A stretch of 64,000 bases of DNA from Heteronotia binoei (taxonomy: Eukaryota). Under the pieces are notes generated by a model that saw only the letters and a program-made list of their open reading frames with translations, searched no databases and was not told the DNA's origin. The position numbers were made by a program, and so were the translations under genes. The DNA is taken from assembly GCF_032191835.1 (NCBI RefSeq), contig NC_083229.1, positions 12,772,001 to 12,836,000 of the forward strand. The letters are read 5' to 3'. Every line of letters starts with the position of its first letter. Within the stretch, counting starts at the first letter, position 1. Positions 44,235 to 57,057 of the stretch are shown here, one piece after another.

Positions 44235-44770
44235 CATAGGGTGTCTGTTGTGGGGTAAGAAGTTAAAGGAGATTGTAAGCCGCTCTGAGTCTCTGATTCA
44301 GAAATCTGCAGTAGTCATTGTTGTGTACACTCGGGGGGAAAGGGTAAAAAAAGAAAAGAAAAAGGAACATGTAGAGCACCCAAGGAGATGAATTCAGCAA
44401 CATAAAGGGATTGCATGCAGAGTCTTACCTTCTCCACCAGATATTCGAAAGAAACTGGACACAGCCTTTTACTAGGGACGGAGGCTAATAATGTTCTAAC
44501 CCCATAGGGTGTCTGTTGTGGGGTAAGAAGTTAAAGGAGATTGTAAGCCGCTCTGAGTCTCTGATTCAGAAATCTGCAGTAGTCATTGTTGTGTACACTC
44601 GGGGGGAAAGGGTAAAAAAAGAAAAGAAAAAGGAACATGTAGAGCACCCAAGGAGATGAATTCAGCAACATAAAGGGATTGCATGCAGAGTCTTACCTTC
44701 TCCACCAGATATTCGAAAGAAACTGGACACAGCCTTTTACTAGGGACGGAGGCTAATAATGTTCTAACCC
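44235..44770. repeat. 268-bp tandem duplication unique to the second A unit
   Basis: catagggtgtctg... starts at 44235 and 44503; accounts for the offset change from 19081 to 19349. Confidence 0.92.
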
Positions 44771-47700
44771 CACACACAACAGTCTGGTATATCTCCCACA
44801 GAGCAGCAGAAATACTCTTAAGTTACCCCTCCACCCCAACCCCCCAAAAAAAGCCTACCAAACAGAATGAACAACTCACCAGTGATCCGTATCAGGCAGT
44901 CTGCCGAATCTAAGTCATCGATAGGGATGTGCTTATTCTGCCCAGGATTCCCTGGCTGCTCCTATCTACAGGTCCAGGTTTACTGGTTGTTTCTTGAGTC
45001 TTCTTGATCTGAGAAGTGAAAGCAGTCCTTCTGTTGTTATCATTGACTTAGATAATTCTGAGAAAGTTGCAGGGTCTGAACATTCAGGACTATCACAAGG
45101 AGAATTCACAGCCCCGTCATGGGACTCTGATTCCACGCAAGCTATGATTGCTGTGGAAGAACCCACCTCAAGTACACCATTCCACCCAGTAGACACCTCT
45201 CTATCCTTGAACTCAGGTTGTCCTGAAGAAGCTTCTAGGACTTCCTGGGTCTCAGTGAGAGACAGAAGATGGTCTACATGGCATCTCCATCATGTTCTTT
45301 CCTCTGGACTGAAGAAAATTTCCCCATCAAGCATTAGTCACATCTCCAAAAATGCACCTGTCTGAGAAATCGTTTCAGAGGGAAGCCATGTTGGTCTGCA
45401 AGAGAACAGTTATATTCAGGTCTGATAACATCTTAGAGACGAACAAGACTTCAGGGTTTAAGCTTTAAAGACTCAAAGATCCCTTCATTGTAAGGAATAG
45501 TTTTTTCTTCTGGCAGCGTGGCTGTAGTACAGATGGACCATCTTGATGCACGGCCCGTAAATGCATAAACGGAACCCATTAGAGATGGGCAAAACCTATT
45601 ATTCCACAGGTTGCCATAAAAAGTCCTTAAGTGTGGAGGAAATGGATTCTCGGATTTCATGTCTTGTGAGACATCCCATCCCTGAAAAAGGAACTTGCAA
45701 GAAATTCCCAACAAGGTTTGGAAGTGGAGGATCATAACAAATGTAATGGAAATTGAGGGGTGGGCTTTTTTTGCAAACTGCATGGAACCTGCAAGGGAAG
45801 TACGGAAGTGAATGCATTTAGGAAGAGTTAGACTTCATTTTGCATAGAATGAGGACTATCCCTGTTTACTCTAACCGATTTCACACTATGCTTGTTCCAG
45901 GATGGAGAGCCCTTTTGCTACTGGGGCTTCTCTCTGTTTTTGCACAAATTGCCCCGGAGCTGCGAGTTGGCATGCTGCTATTCTGCAGCAAGCGGATACG
46001 CTGATAAATGTATTCCACTTGCTGCAGAATAGAGGCACACCAACTTGCAGCTCCAGAGCCAGTTTTGTGTAGTGGTTAAGTGTGCGGACTCTTATCTGGG
46101 AGAACCGGGTTTGATTCCCCACTCCTCCATTTGCACCTGCTGGAATGGCCTTGGGTCAGCCATAGCTCTCATAGACCTTCTTCCCCTGTAGTAGTTAAGT
46201 GTGCAGACTTTTATCTGGGAGAACCGGGTTTGATTCCCCACTCCTCCACTTGCACCTGCTGGAATGGCCTTGGGTCAGCCATAGCTCTGGCAGATGTTGT
46301 CCTTGAAAGGGCAGCTGCTGTGAGAGCCCTCTCAGCCCCACCCTCCTCACAGGGTGTCTGTTGTAGGGGAGGAAGATAAAGGAGATTGTGAGGCACTCTG
46401 AGACTCTGAGTGAAGGGTGGAATATAAATCCAATGTCAACTTCTTTTTCTTCTTCTAGGGCAATTTGTGCAACAATAGAAAGAAGCCCCGGTAGCAAAAG
46501 GGCTCTCCACCCCAGAACAAGCATAGTGAAAAACTGGTTCCAGGTTTACCATAAAACGCAAGGACTGAACAGTATATTTTAACTTAGAAAGAAAAGGTTG
46601 AAGAAAAAAGACGGGAAAGAATTATTGAAAACAAAGAAAAAGCTTCTAGCGTCTACCTTTTCCCAGTCCAAACCCCGTCTCAAAATAGATGAAAAGATAC
46701 TTCAGACATTGGGCGTTTTCGCACTGACCTTATTCCGGAGCGACGTCTCTCTTCACCGCGCAGCTTCTGTGCGGATTTTGCACTAATTGCTCCGCAGAAC
46801 CCGGAAGAGCCGCAAAGTCCTCCAGCTTTTGCGTCGCATATGTAAACTGCCAAAAACCAGTTTACATTTGCGATGCAAAAGCCGTGGGACTTTGCGGCTC
46901 TTCCGGGTTCTGCGGAGCAATTAGTGCGAAATCCGCGCAGACGCTGCGCAGTGAAGAGGGACGTCGCTCCGGATTAAGGTCAGTGCGACAACGCCCATTC
47001 TGTTCAAAATTTAGAAAAATTTTAATGAACACTTTTCTGAATTTAAGGGAATCTGTTCATCCAATGCTGAGCATCCAACCCCAACTAGAGAACAACTAAG
47101 AGAGACTTGGAAAAGAAACTTCAGATATTCCCTTCAGAATTTTGAGATCTTGGTCTTGATCACTTTTTTGATTTTAAAGGAGTTTGTCCATCCAGTGCTG
47201 AGCAACCAACCCCAGCTAGAGAACAACTAAGAGAGACTTGAAAGGAAACTTCAGATATTCCCTTCAGAATTTTGAGATCTTGGTCTTGATCACTTTTTTG
47301 ATTTTAAAGGAATTTGTCCAACCAGTACTGATTATCCAACCCCAGCTAGAGAACGACCAAGAGATACTTGACTTGATTCAACAGGGTGGGGCACAGAGTC
47401 TACATCCAAATGCACTGACCAGATACCCAGGAAGGAGCATCCATTAAAAATAGGAAATTCTGCAGTTCTCCCAAGATGTTCTTGAAAGCCCTTATGAGGG
47501 GAGGAAATTGCATCTAAGATCTTATGTCTCAAGGGAAAGTTGCTTTTTGCATTGGTAAACAGTGCAAAGGTATTTTCAAGCGATTGTCTGGGAGTCTAAT
47601 GGAGATCTTGGGAGAATGGAGATCTTGGGAGTTCCATTTTTCTTTCTGTGCTCTAAAATGGATGATTTGTGGCATATTAATCTGATGTTCTTAACTCAAA

Positions 47701-48983
47701 GTTTTAAATCTATTGGCGCTGAACAGCTATGAGCACAGATCCTAAGTTCCTCGTGAACGCACGGCATCATCTCTTTTACCTTTTAAAGTGCCCAACTCCT
47801 GTTCAGTGACGATAGATTAAGGGTTGGAACTTATTTTGGCCCCCATAGCCCGAGAGGTGATTTGCGTGATCAAAGCTGAAAACTCCGTTCTTTTCTTTGA
47901 CCTTATTGACCCCATGTGAATCTACTCGGTTAAGACAACAGTATACCCTTTCCTAGAACAAAGTTTGAGTCCAACAAAGTTTTATTCAAGGTTCCAAAAG
48001 AAGTCATGCACAACTCACACATGGTCAATCAATTATTTTGCACAGGCAATGCATCAGTGGAAAATACAGACAAAAAGATAACACACATTAAAAAAAATGA
48101 TCAACCAATTCAGTAAGGAGTGACAATAACAGGGATGTTAGCTAAGCTGTAAATGTTAGATATCCATGATGGAGACTGTCAATAGCCAGGGCATATATGG
48201 TTAGTTCCTTTGCATAATAAAATTGTACACATCCAATATAGATTGGTGATGATTTTGCATCCCTGGTGGTACAGTGCAGAAATGTAGATAAAAGGAATTC
48301 TATAAAGGTTTAAGAAGAAGAGGAGGAGGAGGAGGTTTTATACCCTGCCCTCCACTATCTGAAGAAGAATTAGTTTTATACTCTGCCCTTCACTACCTGA
48401 GAGAGTTTCAAAGCAGCTTCTCAGAGCAGTTACAATTACCTCCCCTTCCTCTCCCCACAAGCGGCACCTTGTTGAGTAGGTGGGGGTGAGAGACCTCTGA
48501 GAGAACTGTGACTGACCCAAAGTCACCCAGCTGGCTTCATGTGGAAGAGGAGTGGGGAATCAAGCCTGGTTCTCCAGATTAGAGTGCTGCCACTCTTAAC
48601 CACTACACCAAACTGGTTCTCTTTGGGACTGGTCCTACATGTAGCTCTAGCCACAAAAGACGTGTGAGAGTTTGCCCATTATTTTTTGTACTGTAGCAGT
48701 TGAATCTATGGTCACCTATTTTCCTCAGTGGGACTGTAAGCTTCTAGAAGCAGACTTCAGTGGTGAGGCTCAAGTCTGACATCTCAGCCTCTATTTTTAA
48801 AAAGAGTTTCATCTCAAAAAGCACCTTATGGAACAGAACTTTTCTACATGGCCGCAGGAGGATTGCTTGTTTGAAGAATTGATTGTTAGCCACCCTGAGT
48901 CCGCTTGCGGATAGGGCGAGGTATAAATTAAAGGTAATAATAATAATAATAACTCAGAGAGAGGAATACATTTTGGTTTCATG

Positions 48984-49353
48984 GTTTAGAGGCCAAACTA
49001 AAAACAACTAGAGAACAGGCCTTCTCTATAAAAGCACCCCAATGGTGGAACCAGCTGCCGGAAGAGGTGCGGGCCCTGCGGGATCTTGGCCAATTCCGTA
49101 GGGCCTGCAAAACCGCCCTCTTCCGGCTAGCCTTCTAAGATGGAGCTTGGAATAAACATCACACCATCATTAATATAACTGAGATAGTAGCACTGTTAGA
49201 TTATATTTTTAGGCTGTTTTTATATTATTTAAATACTTAATTGTTAACTGTATTGAACTGTATAATCTTGTTTTATTGTTTTAATATGGCTCTTGCCATG
49301 TCCTGTAAGCCGCCCTGAGCCTGCCTCAGCGAGGAGGGCGGGGTATAAATAAA

Positions 49354-49385
<32 letters not shown>
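48984..49385 (+). mobile_element. L2 LINE 3' fragment with (att)n tail downstream of G5
   Basis: Paralog of 29635-30125 with the tail resolved. Confidence 0.78.
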
Positions 49386-49386
<1 letters not shown>

Positions 49387-49639
49387 GTGTTTAGGGAAGA
49401 GAAAAAGGATTGCCAAAGAGCCCTTGTGTAGTTGGAACCCTTTTCCTTCTGGTTGCAGTGGTATGTGTCTTCTTCAAAGGATGTCAGGCACTGTCCAAAG
49501 AAGGAGATTTCATTTTAAAAAGATGTTGCAACAGCATGTGTCCTAACCATACCGTTTTTTTTTTAAATGCATGTTACAATTGAAAACCAGAGTGGACTTT
49601 GCCTGTCAAAGGAAGAAGCATTTGGCTCTTGGAATGGCT

Positions 49640-50602
49640 TCATAACTGGGTTTCAGCTGGGGTTTCCTCAGTACAGCTTTTTTCCTCCTTGAAAACCTTC
49701 TGGAGGATCACCCTCATGCTCTCCCTGCGTCTAGACTTCCATGGTCTCCCAACCAGGAAATAAATGAATGGGTTGACACTGCTATTTAAACAGTCTAATA
49801 GAGCTGGAACAGATGCCATATATATCGGTAAATAATCAAAATAAGCGAGGATGAAGATGACATTTGCTGGAAAAGTAAAGAGGAGGAAGAAGAGAAGAGT
49901 GAGCAAGACAATGGTCAAAAGCCTTCCCCTTCGACGCTGTTGTTCTTTCAAACACACTTTGATGAATAGGGACACAGTGGCAATTGTCATGACCGGGAGG
50001 CAAAGCACAACATTCACAATAAACTGGTAGAAGTTTTCAATTGGTTGTTCGTTTGTATTAAAAAATGCGAGAGTGATGGTAATTGCAGTAAGCAAGACAG
50101 AGAGGACCCATATGAGTGCACATACAATGGTGGACAAACGCGGGGGCCGCTTGCATTGATGCCAAAGTGGGAAGAAGACGGCCACACACCTGTCAATGCT
50201 GATGGCCGCCATGAGGAAAAGACTAGCACTGTTCATTAATATGGCCAGGAAAAAGAATGGTAAAAAAATAAATCTAATCAAGGAAAGAATCTGAACCAAA
50301 AGTGATAGGAGGCCCCCAAAATCAGCGACAGCCAAGTTCAGGATGTAGGTCATGAAAGGATTCCTTTTAATGCGGAAGCCAAGAAGCCAGATGACAATTC
50401 CATTCCCCACTGCTCCAAAAATGGAGATGACCAATGCAATGATATCAATAACTTTTGCAATATGAATTTCAAAACTCTCTTCTCTTCCATTATCAGAGGA
50501 GCTATGAGATGGAATGCCTTCTGAAATATTATCATTTTCACTGACACTTGGGGAAAAAAAAGTAAGTATAATTAGAGTTATTAAAATTTTCCAGGACTGC
50601 AT
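49640..50602 (-). CDS. MAS-related GPCR G5 (B type), 320 aa; same A8 frameshift and MQSW start as G3, P5.50 retained
   Basis: A8 run at 50554-50561; intact 7TM body. Confidence 0.78.
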   Translation of the reverse strand: MQSWKILITLIILTFFSPSVSENDNISEGIPSHSSSDNGREESFEIHIAKVIDIIALVISIFGAVGNGIVIWLLGFRIKRNPFMTYILNLAVADFGGLLSLLVQILSLIRFIFLPFFFLAILMNSASLFLMAAISIDRCVAVFFPLWHQCKRPPRLSTIVCALIWVLSVLLTAITITLAFFNTNEQPIENFYQFIVNVVLCLPVMTIATVSLFIKVCLKEQQRRRGRLLTIVLLTLLFFLLFTFPANVIFILAYFDYLPIYMASVPALLDCLNSSVNPFIYFLVGRPWKSRRRESMRVILQKVFKEEKSCTEETPAETQL

Positions 50603-53600
50603 CCATCATGAAAAGAGTTGTCATGGAGGTTGGTTGTGCTGCTTGGAGCATTCTTGTTTTCAGTTCTTGCCTTTACACTTCGCCTAGGAGAAAGGAAACG
50701 GGAGGATTCAGATCTTGTTTTGTGACTAAACAGCTGAGGTTTTCAGCGTGACTTCATTCTATTTGACAATGAGTTACTAGTGAGGTTAATTTCATAGAAT
50801 CAAAGACCGATCTCGCACTCACCGGAAGCCGCTCTCACGTCCGTCTTCTCAGCGCGGCTTCCTTCCGATTTCCCACGATCTGCCCCGGGGCTGCAGCAAG
50901 GATCGGTGTTTTCCCACAGCAAAGAGAAACCGCTAAAACCCAGTTTCTCTTTGCTGCATGAAAACTCTGACGCTTGCTGTAACCCCGGGGCAGATAGTGG
51001 GAAGGAAGCTGCGCTGAGAAGACAAGCGTGAGAGCGGCTTCCGGTGAGTGTGAAATCGGTCCTGGAGTTGAAAGGGGTCCTACAAGCCCTGTAGTCCAAT
51101 CAATGCAGAATCTGCCTAAAGCATCCCAGTCAAGGGTTTGTTCAGCTGCTGCTTGAAGGCTGCCCATGAGGGGAGCCCGCCTCCCTATGCAGCTGATTCT
51201 ACTGCTGAACTGCTCTTTCTGAACCCCCCCCCCCCAAATATCCATCCATGCATAATTTAAACCCATTATTTTGAGTCCTGTCATCTGCTGCTAACATAGG
51301 CTTGCCAATCCCCAGGTTCCAGAGGGGGTCTCCCACTTTTGCTTCCCGCTCCCAGTCAGCTGGCCGGCGGGGGGAAGCCCCACCCTCAGCTACCATGTGC
51401 CTTTCCACCTCCCGAGGCTTCCTCTTGGGATGGTGTGTCTGTGTCTTTAAGGCTGAACGGGGGCGGGGGGAGCAGGCAGAACAACACGGCTGCTCCCAGT
51501 GCTTGTGAAAGCAGCCCAGAACCTCTGTTGGTAGCACAATCTTTTCAGAGGTCGTTTGCATAGGAAAGGTAAACTTGAACATTTGGTTGCTCTGTCTCTT
51601 TGAAGAAGTTGGAAGTTCAGCAACTCAAGAGTAGAGATGCCCTTCCCCAGGTGGGAGCAGGCCCTCCCCTGCTTCAGAGTCATCAGAAATGGGGGGGGGG
51701 GAGGGAGGGAAACGAATGCCGGGCACTTCATTATTCCCTAGGGAGATCGATTCCCATAGGGTTTAATAGCGAACTGATCTGGGGGTATCTGGGGCTCTGG
51801 AGGGGTTGTTTCTTGGGGTAGAAGCACCACATTTTCAGCATTGCATCTGATGATTATTTTCAATTTTCAGAGTCATATATGTTAAAGCTGTCTGCACCTG
51901 GATGGCCAAGGCTCACCCAATCTCACGAAATCTTGGCTTCTAAGTGGGACTGGCCCTCGCTAGTACATGGTTGGGAGACCACCAAGGAAATCCATGGTTG
52001 TGCCTCAGAAGCAAGCAAAGGCAAACCACCTCCAAGCGTTTTTTGCCTGGAAAACATGCAGGAGTCACTGTAAGTCAGCTACACTTTCCATCTCCATAAG
52101 TTAAAGTGAACATCTATCCATGTAGATATCCAGTACTCTGGACAGAGTCTACCTCCCTGGTTTCCTTTCTCTGTGGCTGAATAAATCCTCATAATTGCTC
52201 ACTCACCTCTTCCCCTTTTCAGGAGCTTGGTCGCTATGATTTTATCCTTCCCTCTTGCTTGCTGTCCCCGCAATCAAGGCTTCAGGACCTGCTTAAAGGG
52301 GATCACATCAGAGATCAGAGTCCAGAGATCACATCAAACACAAATATTGGCATCTGACTAAGGAACTCACAATGCACATACAAAATATAAATGTTTCAAG
52401 CGGAGGCACGTGACAAAAGGAGTGGAAAGGAAGAAGCAGAGTACAGACAACAGAAAGAAGCAAGGGAGGAACAGGTGCAGATAAATCTAGAAGCGGTAGG
52501 GCTTCCTTTTGGTTACTATAAGGACTAACGGGTTGAAGCTGAGGAACTTATAGGAAGTGAGAGCCAGTTTGGTGTTGTTGTTAAGCGTTCAGACTCTTAT
52601 CTGGGAGAACCGGGTTTGATTCCCCACTCCTCCATTTGCAGCTGCTGGAATGGCCTTGGGTCAGCCATAGCTCTGGCAGAGGTTGTCCTTGAAAGGGCAG
52701 CTGCTGTGAGAGCTCTCTCAGCCCCACCCACCTCACAGGGTGTCTGTTGCGGGATAAGAAGATAAAGGAGATTGTAAGCCGCTCTGAGTCTCTGATTCAG
52801 AGAGAAGGGGAGGGTACAAATCTGCAGTCGTCATTGTTGTGTACACTCTGGAGAATAGGGTAAAAAAAAAGAAAAGAAAAAAGAACATGTAGAGCACCCA
52901 AGGAGGTGAATTCAGCAACATAAAGGGATCGCATGCAAAGTCTTACCTTCTTCACCAGATATTCGAAAGAAACTGGACACAGCCTTTTACTAGGGACGGA
53001 GGCTAATAATGTTCTAACCCCACACACAACTGTCTGGTATATCTCTTACAGAGCAGCGGAAATACTCTTAAGTTACTCCTCCACCCCCACCCCCCAACAA
53101 AAAGACTACCAAACAGAATGAACAACTCACCAGTGATCCATATCAGGCAGTCTGCTGAATCTGAGTCATTGATAGGGGTGTGGTTATTCTGCCCAGGATT
53201 TCCTGGCTGCTCCTATCTACAGGTCCAGGTTTACTGGTTGTTTCTTGAGTCTTTTTGATCTGAGAAGTGAAAGCAGTCCTTCTGTTGTTACCATTGACTT
53301 AGATAGTTCTGAGAAAGTTGCAGGTTCTGGACATTCAGGACCATCACAAGGAGAATTCACAGCCCCATCAAGGGACTCTGATTCCACGCAAGCTATGATT
53401 GCTGTGGAAGAACCCACCTCAGGTACTCCATTCCACCCAGTAGAAACCTCTCTATCCTTGAACTCAGGTTGTCCTGAAGAAGCTTCTAGGACTTCCTGGG
53501 TCTCAGTGAGAGACAGAAGATGGTCTACATGGCATCTCCATCATGTTCTTTCCTCTGGACTGAAGAAAATTTCCCCATCAAGCATTAGTCACATCTCCAA

Positions 53601-54053
53601 AAATGCACCTGTCTGAGAAATCGTTTCAGAGGGAAGCCATGTTGGTCTGCAAGAGCACAGTTATATTCAGGTCCGATAACATCTTAGAGACGAACAAGAC
53701 CTCAGGGTTTAAGCTTTAAAGACTCAAAGATCCCTTCATTGTAAGGAATAGTTTTTTCTTCTGGCAGCGTGGGTGAAGTACAGATGGACCATCTTGATGC
53801 ATGGCCCATAAATGCATAACTGGAACCCATTAGAGATGGGCAAAACCTATTATTCCAGAGGTTACCATAAAAAGTCCTTAAGTGTGGAGGAAATGGATTC
53901 TCGGATTTCATGTCTTGTGAGAAATCCCATCCCTGAAAAGGGAACTTGCAAGAAATTCCCAACAAGGTTTGGAAGTGGAGGATCATAACAAATGTAATGG
54001 AAATTGAGGGGTGGGCTTTTTTTGCAAACTGCATGGAACCTGCAAGGGAAGTA

Positions 54054-57000
54054 AGAACATAAGAACATAAGAGAAGCCATGTTGGATCAGGCCAACGGCC
54101 CATCAAGTCCAACACTCTGTGTCACACAGTGGCAAAAAAAAATTATATACACACATACGCTGTGGCTAATAGCCACTGATGGACCTGTGCTCCATATTTT
54201 TATCTAAACCCCTCTTGAAGGTGGCTATACTTGTGGCCGCCACCACCTCTTGTGGCAGTGAATTCCACATGTTAATCACCCTTTGGGTGAAGAAGTACTT
54301 CCTTTTATCCGTTTTAACCTGTCTGCTCAGCAATTTCATCGAATGCCCAAGAGTTCTTGTATTGTGAGAAAGGGAGAAAAGTACTTCTTTCTCTACTTTC
54401 TCCATCCCATGCATTATCTTGTAAACCTCTATCATGTCACCTCGCAGTCGACGTTTCTCCAAGCTAAAGAGTCCCAAGCGTTTCAACCTTTCTTCATAGG
54501 GAAAGTGCTCCAGCCCTTTAATCATTCTAGTTGCCCTTCTCTGGACTTTCTCCAATGCTATAATATCCTTTTTGAGGTGCGGCGACCAGAACTGCACACA
54601 GTACTCCAAATGAGACCGCACCATCGATTTATACAGGGGCATTATAATACTGGCTGATTTGTTTTCAATTCCCTTCCTAATAATTCCCAGCATGGCGTTG
54701 GCTGTTTTTATTGCAAACGCACACTGTCTTGACATTTTCAGCGAGTTATCTACCACAACCCCAAGATCTCTCTCTTGGTCAGTCTCTGCCAGTTCACACC
54801 CCATCAACTTGTATTTGTAGCTGGGATTCTTGGCCCCAATGTGCATTACTTTGCACTTGGCCACATTGAACCTCATCTGCCACGTTGACGCCCACTCACC
54901 CAGCCTCAACAGATCCCTTTGGAGTTCCTCACAATCCTCTCTGGTTCTCACCACCCTGAACAATTTAGTGTCATCTGCAAACTTGGCCACTTCACTACTC
55001 ACTCCCAACTCTAAATCATTTATGAACAAGTTAAAGAGCATGGGACTCAGTACCGAGCCCTGCGGCACCCCACTGCTTATCGTCCTCCACTGCGAAGACT
55101 GCCCTTTTATACTCACTCTCTGCTTCCTATTACTCAGCCAGTTTTTGATCCACAAGAGGACCTGTCCTTTTACTCCATGACTCTCAAGCTTTCTAAGGAG
55201 CCTTTGATGAGGAACTTTATCAAAAGCTTTCTGGAAGTCAAGGTAAACAACATCTATCGGGTCTCCTTTGTCCACATGTTTGTTCACCCCCTCAAAGAAA
55301 TGTAACAGGTTAGTGAGGCAAGATCTTCCCTTGCAGAACCCATGCTGAGTCTTCCTCAATAACCCGTGTTCATCAATGTGCCTACTCATTCTGTCCTTGA
55401 TAATGGTTTCTACCAACTTTCCCGGTATTGAAGTCAGACTGACTGGCCTGTAATTTCCTGGATCTCCTCTGGAACCTTTTTTAAAGATGGGGGTGACATT
55501 TGCTACCTTCCAGTCCTCAGGAACGGAGGCAGATTTCAATGAAAGTTTACAGATTTTTGTTAGAAGATCCACAAGTTCAACTTTGAGTTCTTTCAGAACT
55601 CTCGGATGTATGCCATCCGGACCCGGTGACTTATTAGTTTTTAATTTGTCTAACAGTTGTAGGACCTCCTCTTTTGCCACCTCAATCTGACTCAGGTCTT
55701 TCAACACCCCTTCCAAAATTAGTGGTTCTGGGGTGGGCAAAACGTTCTCGTCTTCCACAGTGAAGACGGAGGCAAAAAATTCATTTAGCTTCTCAGCCAT
55801 TTCCCTATCCTCCTTCAGTAATCCTTTTACCCCATGGTCATCCAAGGGCCCCACTGCCTCCCTGGCTGGTTTCCTACTTCTAATATATTTGAAGAAAGTT
55901 TTATTGTTGGTCTTTATGTTTTTTGCAATATGCTCCTTATAGTCCCTTTTTGCCTGCCTGATCACAGTCTTGCATTTGATTTGCCACAGCCTGTGTTCCC
56001 TTTTACTAGTCTCACTTGGACTGGTTTTCCACCGCTTAAAGGAGTCTTTCTTACCTTTTACAGCTTCCAATACTTTGTTTGTTAACCACGCAGGCCTTTT
56101 CTTATGCTTGTTTGTGCCTTTCCTAACTTGTATGTTATCTGAGCTTCTAGGATTATAGTTTTAAATAGCGTCCAAGCTTCCCCAAGGGTTTTGACCGTAT
56201 GTACCTTTCCTTTCAGTTTCCTCCTCACATGCCTCCTCATCTCAGTGTATTTACCCCTTTTAAAGTTAAACGTGGTTGTGGCGGTCTTTTTGGACAACTC
56301 CCTATTTATACAAACGGTGAAATCAATAACATTATGGTCACTGCTCCCAAGTGGCGCAATCACTTTAACATCTCTCACCAAGTCTTGGCATTACTTAGGA
56401 CCAAATCCAGGATCGGCCCACCCCTGGTAGGTTCTGAGACCATCTGCTCCATAGCACAGTCATTGAGAGCATCAAGAAACTCAATCTCTTTCTCTCGACC
56501 AGAACACATATTGACCCAATCAATCTGCGGGTAGTTAAAATCACCTATTATGACACAGTTTTTACGTTTAGCCGCTATCTTTAAGCCTTCCATCATATTA
56601 TAATCGTCCTCTCTCTTTTGATTTGGTGGGCGATAACAAACTCCCATAGTTAAATTTCCTTTTGGGCCCTCTATTTCAACCCAAAGCATTTCTAAAAGTG
56701 AATCTAATTCTCTAAAAGTGAATCTAATTCTCTGACCTCAGTCTTACTGGACCGTATACCCTCTCTGACATACAGAGCCACCCCAACTCCAACCCTTCCC
56801 TCCCTATCCTTCCGATATAACTTATATCCAGGAATCATCGTGTCCCACTGAATCTCCTCATTCCACCAAGTTTCTGAAATTCCCACAATGTCTATGTTTT
56901 CTCCCAACACTAAACATTCCAATACACCAATTTTACTTCGAATGCTTCTAGCATTTGCATACAAACATCTATAATTTTCCAGGCGAGCTAGGCCCGCCAC

Positions 57001-57057
57001 CTTCCTCCTGCCGCCTCGAGACTCTGGCGGACAGTCCATATTGATTGTCATCGTCAC
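54054..57057 (-). mobile_element. CR1 LINE, duplicated copy of 34773-37776
   Basis: Same TSD and disablements; identical 634-aa ORF. Confidence 0.97.
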
